Below, piece by piece: positions 57,363 to 64,000 of a stretch of 64,000 nucleotides of DNA (positions are counted from its first letter, which is position 1; each line of letters begins with the position of its first letter). The stretch comes from the human T2T-CHM13v2.0 reference genome, Homo sapiens: NCBI RefSeq assembly GCF_009914755.1, contig NC_060947.1; one strand, written 5' to 3'. A model generated the notes under the pieces. It did no database searches. It was not told the DNA's origin and saw only the letters and a list, made by a program, of their open reading frames with translations. Made by a program: the position numbers and the translations under genes.

Positions 57363-58243
57363 AGACTTGTCCAACTTAAGTAGACAGTCACATTAATAGA
57401 AAATTATTTTCCTCATAAGAAGCTTTTTTTTAGTATAAACCTATTAGTCTTCTATTTCTTACTTTTAAAACATCTATTTTTTATTTTACTTTTCATTATT
57501 TTTATGAAATGAATGTTAACCTATTTTTGGACTCTTACTTTTTAGAAGAGTATGCTATGACTTGAGCTTTTTAGTAATATTGTCAATCTATGGAAACCTA
57601 TGAACGTTGCTTTAACTGGTGGTTATAAAATTAATGCAATTTCTAACATTTCTCCATACTCCTGAGTAATTCTGGGAATTATCCTTCCAAAGAAATCTTT
57701 GTATTTCTAGATTGAGATGAGAGAAAAAGTATATGGGTACTTCTACAAACTTTTCCTATGCATGTACATATCTAGCCAAGCATACCAACCTAAATCATTA
57801 AAGCCATCAGCATCTTGGAGAAGGATGGACAAGCTTGAAGGGAAGCTATCCAGCAGGAGAGAGTTAACAATAAAATAAGTTGTTTCAACCAAAATTCAAA
57901 TAGATATGGAGGTTATATTTTGAAATGAGTTGGTTTTCACAACTGAAGTGTGAGTTTGTGTTTGTGCGTGTGCTGTGACTCTTTGATGTGTGGTGGAAGA
58001 TTTCTGGGAACTAATTTTAGTTCCTGAGTTCTAATTCTAGTTGAGTCTGAGATCACCACAGGTAGTGTCACTATTTTGAGCAATTGTACAATTTCTTTAC
58101 ATTATCCCCAAAAGGCCTATGCCCACATAGGTACACAGGAGTGCTAATCAATGTAGTGAGTAGGTAAAAACCCTGTTTTTGTCTTTTGTAAGTTTAAACT
58201 GTTTTCTGTCCCCTAAAGAGAAACCCTTAAATAAAAATGATGA

Positions 58244-58409
58244 ATTCTTATAAGTCAGGGGTAGTGCCATGATCATGAAGGTGGTTCTCCCAGCGCCAAG
58301 GCTCATCTATTCCATTCCAGATGTGCTGACCCCCTGAGATTTCACCAAATGTGGGAAACTTGATTGCATAATTTATGGTGGTGGTGAACTGTGTTCACTC
58401 TTTCTCCAG
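58244..58409 (+). pseudogene. U1: U1 snRNA retropseudogene, full length
   Basis: ccatgatcatgaaggtggttctcccag...gatgtgctgacccc...ccaaatgtgggaaact...gcataatttatgg is colinear with U1; followed by an A-rich (AAAAC)n tail. Confidence 0.93.
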
Positions 58410-59886
58410 TTCAAAAAACAAAACAAAACAAAACAAATGGCCTTTTATTTCCTAGTGACTGAACTCTTTTAACATTTGATTAACGTCCATTTCAAAAATG
58501 GCTATATTCAACCTCGGCTCAACATTATAAAACTGGGATTATACAGACAAAGCCTAAATCATATAAAGAGAAAATCAGCTAGAGATGTCTATCCATTTGG
58601 GTACTTGAACATGTCAAAAGCAACTTGAAATTTTAGCTAACTTTTGTAAACCTATCGGGCTTACACACCAATTAGTATCCAAGGAGACATAAAACTGTGA
58701 AGGCTTACAAGGTGCTCTTTCCAAAAAGAAAAGCCCTTTCAAGGACACTTGAAGGGAATTCCTTCCCTGAACAATGGCCATTCTCCCTTGGCAAGGGAAT
58801 TTGTCAGGTGCCTGAGTTGTACTAACAGCATAGGATCAAGAAGCAGGCAGCTCTTCTAAAGGCTCTGCAGAACAGCCCCCTGAAACAATCAATCAGCAAT
58901 CAACCAACTGGCCTTCCTAGGGTTCCTATCCTGTTTCAGGATCTAATCGTTTAAAAATGAGTGGGAATTTGGAAGTTAGAAATTGAATAGTTTTTATAAT
59001 AACTCAAAGGTTAGCCTTGGCAAGGTTACTTAGAACTAACCCATCCATTTTCTCACTGGCACATTTCATAAAAACAAACAAATAAATTTGAATGGTACAT
59101 TCCCATTAAAGGTAACTTTGCTTCAAGACCCTTTTCCAGAACACACATCATTCAGTGATTAGTCACACAGTAGTGTTACCAATTAAAAAAAAAAAAAATT
59201 GGAGGCAAGATTAGATTAAGGTCCTAAATCTCAAATGATTACAGTGACCTATACACTGCTACATAATTTTTTAATTAATTTTTTAAAACAGTAAAAACTT
59301 GAATATGTGTTACAATTAATATGGTATCTCTCTGGTATTTTTAAATAACAAATCTGGATAGGTTAATCAAAGCTGAACTTCGCTGGAGCTCTAAACATGA
59401 GTTTATTTTGATTTTTAGCTAGCTCAGCATTGGATTTTAGATAAGATTTCCAGAATCAATCAGAAACATCCTGCTGGGTCATTCTTCCAAATTAGGCTTA
59501 CTGGAGTGCACACCATGGTCAGACTTCAGAAAACTGACTCAACAATCACAAAACTCCTGGAATCTTTTGGGAGCCTCTGTAATTTTTTGTCTATAATAGG
59601 GGCTTAATAATCATTTCGTGTATTTCTTTTTTACTCTTGAAAATGTAGTATTTGTTGGTCAGTGGTTGGATGCCAAGAAATTATGTTCAGCCAAAGTGGT
59701 CAACGGAATAGAGGTTTAGAATTTAAAAGTTTTTCTACTCTGCATACATGTTTTTAATCTGCTAAGCAAACCTTAATTTTGGTGCACACATTTATTTCTC
59801 AGAGGTGGACACTAATCATAGTGCCTTTTAACAGTGTTAGTTTAGTCTACACGCAAAATCAAAACTAGCAGTCCCTTGAGGAATTT

Positions 59887-60385
59887 TTTTACTGAAATGC
59901 CAAGAGTTCTGTCTCGGTCCTGCTGCTTGCTACAAAGAAAACCAATCACTGAGACAATGAGTATTGCCAAGGAAGAAGCCCTTAATTGGGTGGGCAGCTG
60001 AGGTGATGGGAGGGAGATCAGTCTCAAATCCATCTCCCTGACCGACTAAAATCATGAATTTATATAGCAGTGAAGAAATGTAACTACATGCAGGAAAGAA
60101 GGAATTAGGGAGGGGTGAGGAAGAGGAGTTGGTCAACAGGAAACAGGTGGTCAGCTGGCAATCATGATGGGTTAGGGGTCTGGCATCTCATTGTCCAGAT
60201 GTGGTGATTCGGTGAATTTCAATTCTTTGATACTATCTGGGAGGCCTGATGGTTGGTTTCCTGAGAAAGGAACTCAGATAAGACAAATGTAACTTTCTCA
60301 AGTTTTAAGAATGTGAGGACAATTTCTATGTTTATTCAAAAGAGACCATAAACGTCAGTTCTATGGGACAATTGGGCCAATTTCA
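59887..60385 (-). mobile_element. MER66-family solo LTR (ERV1)
   Basis: Reverse complement begins TGAAATTGGCCCAATTGTCCCATAGAACTGACGTTTATGG; TSD attt. Confidence 0.8.
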
Positions 60386-60659
60386 ATTTTAGTCCAAATT
60401 CAAGTTACTCAAGGTAAAACAAATAATCTGGCAAATAAATAGCTGCTTCGAGAATCAATCATTTGGTTATTTTTTTTTTCTTTTTGTCTTGCCACCTACA
60501 CAGATACTTTTAGATGGTGTGGTGTGAATGCAGCTTTTGGGGGGACAAGAGGCATAGGTAAAACAGTGTTAAAAATACAAGCCTATGAAAACCTTAAAGT
60601 TCAGAAAAAGAATTATGATGAGGCAGTACTCAAATTGTCATTAATAAAGAAGGAAAATT

Positions 60660-61150
60660 AACATTCACTAACAACTAGTTTCCAGGTACCTTGCTATGCT
60701 TTATTAATTTTTTAAAAATTTCCTCTTTACATTAATCCTATTAAGTTGATATCATTATGACATATTACAGATGTGGAAATTGAGGCTTAGAGATCCTAAA
60801 TAACTTGACTATTGCTAGAAAGGGGTGAATCCAAGATTGAAGTCCAGATAGTCAGACTCTAGAAACTCCTCCCTTTTTTAGACAGCATCCATAATGGTTA
60901 AGAGCTGTAGCTCTAGAGCCAGACTGCCTGGGTTCGAATCCCCTAATTTCAACTGTTTCATTTACTAGTTGTGTGACCATAAGTAAGTGTGTTAATTCTC
61001 TGTGCCTCAATTTCCATACCTGTAAAATGAAATAATAATAATGCTTACCACATAGGGTTGTTAAGAAGAATTAATGAGTTAAATGAGTAAATATGTAAAG
61101 TGTTTAAAATAATCCTTGACACAAAGAAAGTACTAAATAAATGACAGCTA
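60660..61150. mobile_element. Two MIRs in opposite orientation (60660-60870 minus; 60885-61150 plus)
   Basis: acagatgtggaaattgaggcttagaga; tctagagccagactgcctgggttcgaatcc...tgtgcctcaatttcc. Confidence 0.8.
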
Positions 61151-64000
61151 TTGTTAGTATTTTTACTATGTCATACAGTTGACTGCCGTCAATAATGAGA
61201 GGCTGTTTGTATTTTAAACAGAGTAACTCATTTAAAAAAAATACTGCCTACAAGGGTTTACAAATGAATGGCACCAAAAAAGTAAAACTAAAATCTCCTT
61301 GCCAATTTCATATAACAGTACTTTTCCCTGAGCATTTTTAAATATTGAAGTTTATCGGAATATCTATCTAGCATATTATTTCCCTACCTTTTATAAGCCA
61401 TGCCCCTTTGATAGATGTTTAAACATTTTAAATTGCCTTTAATGTTATTTGTAATTTCAAGATAAATTAAACATAAAGACTGAAAACAAATGAATATTGA
61501 AAAAAGTGGCTATATTTTCGAACTGCAAACACTTTCCACGTATTCTTCCAGCATTTCAGAAACACTGATTTAGCAAACAGGACAATGTGTGCTGAGTGAA
61601 CTTAGGCAAGTTATATAGTCTCAGTCACCTGCTGTAAAACAGGATAAACACACAGGTTTTACCTCCTTGCCAGATGTGCTGGGAATCAAATGAAACAGTA
61701 GATATCAAGACCCTTTCTGTTCCAGAAAGCCTGATCCAAAAAAGAGATGATTATTGTGGCTGGCAGCAAACTTGTCATCTTGTTGTTAGCAGCTCATTCA
61801 TCTTTTGATAAAATAATCTGGATGTATTTCATTGTTCTCAAAGTCAAAGAAATACAAACCTTTTTTAGTCATTGCTAGTAAGTAATATTTCAATTTTAGA
61901 AAGGACAACTCTATGAAGAAAAACAACCATCGATCATTAATGAACATTAATTTTCATTTTCTGAATGCTTTCAGATCCAGGTCCACACGAGCAATTTATA
62001 ATTTCATGATATGACTGTTTTTAAGCATATCCAGTGCAGATACAGTCCTTTTAGTCCTTAAAATTCATGATATTGTGAGAAAAATATACTGTGAATTGTT
62101 GCATTTAATCTAAAGTGATATACACATCTTAGTGCACTTTTATGGTAACAACTAGAATGAATTAGAGACGCATTCAGAATGAATATATTCCTGGTCACTC
62201 ATTGCGAAAAGATTGGTTAATATACCACATTCATTACTTGTGCAATCTCCTCTTATTGCTATATTTGCATGCAAACGACTTAGTTTTTCCTTCAATTTAA
62301 ATGAATTCTCTATTAGAAATAAAGATCCAAATGTAAAACCATAAAATAAAGTTTGTGGGCTGCTTTTATTAAAAGTGGTCCTAAAAAATTAGGAGAAAGC
62401 CACGGGCAGATTAGTCTCATTTTTATATTCTCATTGAAATTTTAGCAAGTTTTAGGCAAAATAGGCGTTATTTCATCTCATCTAGACTTGTTTTTTCTCA
62501 ATAGTGATAATTGCTAGAAATAGAAATCATAAGGTCAGACTTAATTTTAGGGGAATGGGGTCAGGGTGGGTGAGTTGGGAGGGAAACAAAATAAAAGGAA
62601 GGGGTACAATGAAAATAAGTTGGGTGAGGAAGGCAAGGAAGGAGTTCTGCATAAGTTTGTAGTTGCACAAATGTAGAAAAGTGGGATGTAAGTCACATAC
62701 ACGCACACACCAAAAATAACTTGAACTTCATTCTTGTGAGTTTACTCCTCCTTCTTACCACCATTCCAAGTCCTTACCACACACACATTTCAGAGCATGT
62801 CTGTCCCTTTAATGCTAGCTGTCATTCAGTTTAAAGCATAGATCAAATTTTGACTGACAGCGAAATGACTGCATTGCATCATTTTTAGATAGAGTAATTT
62901 TAATGCTTTGCCATAATGAAAGCAGGTTGAAATTCTCATGTCTTTCTTTGTCGTGTTTCCCAATAGTGTTAGTTTTAATTGCTTCAATTGATGTTTATCT
63001 GTCATTACAAATTCCAATAAACTGTGAGAATACCACAGAAATAATCTCAAAAGCAAAAGAACAAAAACAAAAAATCATGCCAGAGATATTGTTTTATTTT
63101 TTAACTATCTCTAGAAAAGAGGAATGATAAACAAATTAATATTTTAATGAGGACTATAGGAAGAATGCCTAAATCACTGATTCAAGCTCTTCTAAAACCA
63201 CTTTAGCAACTTCCATTTACTGATAAATACTTAAGGCGTAGTAGATCTTCAAGAAATCTCAGATATAATCTATTCTAATCCATTCATTTTATAGATGAGA
63301 ACACTGAAAACATTTCTAGTGCCAGATCTGGGAGCAGGGCGTATGTGTCATGTCACCAGTCCATTGGGTATTTCCACTCTTCCTTCCTTCTTTTTGGTGT
63401 ATGTGTGTATGTGACTTACATCCCACTCTACATTTGTGCCACTATAAACTTTTCCAGAACCCCTTCCTTGCCTTCCTTATCCAATTTATTTTCACTGTAC
63501 CCCTTCCTTTTATTTTGTTTCCCTCCCAACTCACCCACCCTGACCCCATTCCCCTAAAATTAAGTCTGACCCTATGATTTCTATTTCTAGCAATTATCAC
63601 TATTGAGAAAAAACAAGTCTAGATGAGACAAAATAATATATAATAATAATATAACTTAATCACAACCTTATTTTTACTAAAGCAGGCCCGCCGATTGCCA
63701 ATAATTGGTTATCTCTTTTTAAAAACTGCATCTTACTACACTGCTTAAACGCAACCCAGCTACGTTTCTTTTCAAAATTATATGATTTAGACTTTTCACT
63801 ATATCAGAATTGCCTTCTTCCAAATTATTCTTAGTTACTGAAGTTTTAGCTGTAGTTGCATCTTAAAGCTTTGCTATTTTTCAAAGCAGAAATTTAGGAC
63901 ATAATGGTAAAGTTTTGTTTATATTTGCTGTCCTGGTATTTTTATCATCCCAAGATAGTTTCATAGAGTCCATGCCATGGATATAAAGAAAAAGGAAATT

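Noticed and set aside
58733-58757. Short hairpin ccctttcaag/cttgaaggg
   Set aside because: Short and imperfect; expected by chance in 64 kb

Overview
Primate (very likely human) AT-rich, repeat-dense intergenic or intronic DNA. I find no supportable protein-coding exon: the listed ORFs are Alu/L1/LTR fragments, microsatellite artefacts, or short unrecognised ORFs. The window holds about 15 Alus (one very young, unusual AluY-type at 9.0-9.3 kb), several L1s including a near full-length old L1MA (31.6-38.7 kb), and many solo LTRs. These include a TSD-resolvable nest at 5.4-7.6 kb (HERV-W LTR17 and a MER61/LTR9-like LTR inside a MER4E-like LTR). There are also DNA-transposon fossils, MIR/L2 fragments, and retroposed U3 snoRNA (52520-52733, -) and U1 snRNA (58244-58409, +) pseudogenes. 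The most unusual signal is a cluster of locally templated direct and inverted duplications inside two old L1s (32-41 kb), three of them near a ~600-bp alternating purine-pyrimidine tract. I see no evidence of a novel biological system. Repeat subfamily names come from my recall of consensus sequences and need RepeatMasker/Dfam confirmation.
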